A stretch of DNA of 32,000 nt from Cylindrospermopsis raciborskii Cr2010 (lineage in GTDB: Bacteria; Cyanobacteriota; Cyanobacteriia; Cyanobacteriales; Nostocaceae). The stretch lies in NCBI RefSeq assembly GCF_003367075.2, contig NZ_CP065936.1, forward strand, positions 120,001 to 152,000, in the 5' to 3' direction. Of the stretch, positions 30,123 through 32,000 are shown one piece after another. Within the stretch, counting starts at the first letter, position 1; every line of letters begins with the position of its first letter. Below the pieces are notes generated by a model. That model saw only the letters and a list, made by a program, of their open reading frames with translations. It did no database searches and was not told where the DNA came from. A program made the translations under genes and the position numbers.

Positions 30123-31205
30123 TCAAGAGTTACTATGAACCCGTGGAATTAAAGTAGAGGACATAAATAAAACAATAGCGGATGCGGAAGCAAAAATTAC
30201 AGGTAAAGTCATAGCTTGTATAGACATAGCTAAAATATTAAAGAACAAGGTTAATGACCATAATATCAAGCTAGCGCGTCGTTGAGAAAAACCCCAAGCC
30301 AATAGACGATGATGTAAATGATCCTTACCAGGAGTACTGAGAGGGTTTTTTCCTGCTAGGAGGCGTTTAATAAAAACCTGGGTAGTATCTAAAACTGGCA
30401 ACATCAAAAACAAAACCGTTGGTATAAGAGAATAAATGGTACTTTCCTGTAATTTACCTAATATACTTGTAGCAGCTAGCACATAACCTAAAAAATAGGC
30501 TCCAGCATCACCCATAATAATGCGGGAGGGGTAAAAGTTGTGGCGTAAAAAGCCAAGAGCTGCCCCCGACAGTGCAGCCAATACCAGAGTTGCTGCGGCT
30601 CGATTATCAAACTGGGCAGAGACCCCCAACAAACTCATGGCAGTAATAAAACTAATGCCACCAGCTAAACCATCCATACCGTCCATGAGATTAACGGCAT
30701 TGGTAATGCCAACTATCCATAAAACAGTGAGAGCTGTAGACAAAAAGGAATCAATAGGAGTACCAAACATCACCTTGATACTCATACCATTAGCCACCAA
30801 TAACAGGGCAGTAATAATTTGTGTCCATAACCGAATAAATGGAGGCAGACCAAACTGGTCGTCTATAAACCCAACCAAAACAAGAATAGATCCACCCAAA
30901 AGAATTGTGAGAACCTGGGCTAAAACCCCCTGGAGTTCGATAGGTCGGAAAAGACTGGCAAAGACCACAGCAGCAATTACGCCGGCATAGATAGCCAGGC
31001 CTCCCGCATTGGGTAAAGGTTCCCGATTGAGTCGTCGGGCATTAGGTTGGTCAGCCCAACCGACCCGGAGGGCAAATTGACGAACAGTGGGAATTGAACC
31101 CCAGGTTATGAGCCAAGCCAAAATAAAAGTAAATACCACTGCTAACCAGCCGGTGCCACTAGGGTTAGCAATACCAAGAGCCTTAAGAGAGTTGTCTATA
31201 TTCAT
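30123..31205 (-). CDS. MraY/WecA-family glycosyl-phosphate transferase (GT4 type)
   Basis: Multi-pass membrane protein with DDQFGLP, NAVNLMDGMDGLAGG, IIMGDAGAYFLGY and DHLHHRLL. Confidence 0.9.
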   Translation of the reverse strand: MNIDNSLKALGIANPSGTGWLAVVFTFILAWLITWGSIPTVRQFALRVGWADQPNARRLNREPLPNAGGLAIYAGVIAAVVFASLFRPIELQGVLAQVLTILLGGSILVLVGFIDDQFGLPPFIRLWTQIITALLLVANGMSIKVMFGTPIDSFLSTALTVLWIVGITNAVNLMDGMDGLAGGISFITAMSLLGVSAQFDNRAAATLVLAALSGAALGFLRHNFYPSRIIMGDAGAYFLGYVLAATSILGKLQESTIYSLIPTVLFLMLPVLDTTQVFIKRLLAGKNPLSTPGKDHLHHRLLAWGFSQRRASLILWSLTLFFNILAMSIQAMTLPVIFASASAIVLFMSSTLIPRVHSNS

Positions 31206-31375
31206 TTCCCCCCATAACCATAACCATTAGTTTGCCAGACCAGTACCAACTGTAATAGTATAGCCTTAGCCAAAACGCTCAGGACAAAGTTGATCGGTAA
31301 AAGTGAGTGCCAGATAGGCGTTCTGGCTTACCTCCCACAGCTGCACCCATTTTTGGTAACTATTTGCTAAATTGA

Positions 31376-32000
<625 letters not shown>

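Overview
This 32 kb window looks like a filamentous (Nostocales-type) cyanobacterial chromosome. The lineage call rests on HetZ-like, light-dependent protochlorophyllide reductase, DUF1825-like and solanesyl-PP synthase genes plus several GCGATCGC (HIP1) palindromes. The left 11.6 kb holds three consecutive + strand genes for large secreted RTX-type proteins: an LTD/Calx-beta-like/ExeM-type nuclease, an uncharacterised protein, and a metallophosphoesterase. They share a near-identical C-terminal module that is also nearly identical at DNA level. A Pho-box-like 11-bp-phased repeat lies upstream of the middle gene, so the cluster may be an extracellular phosphorus-scavenging island with an unknown member. 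At 16.24-17.73 kb, on the - strand, is a five-copy tandem array of small coiled-coil ORFs. Neighbours are linked by 8-nt ATGAGTAA start/stop overlaps, ORF lengths vary in exact 7-aa (21-bp) steps, and a relic sixth unit sits at one end. This array is the most novel-looking locus. The rest is mostly housekeeping: TPR protein, por, pentapeptide-repeat protein, MDR oxidoreductase, pyrF, tyrS, PBP1A-type protein, DUF1825-like, Usp, pgk, PatU-like/HetZ, polyprenyl-PP synthase, fabG, a GT4-type glycosyl-phosphate transferase, and a 5' partial groEL with a perfect CIRCE element. No tRNA, rRNA, CRISPR array or transposase was recognised.
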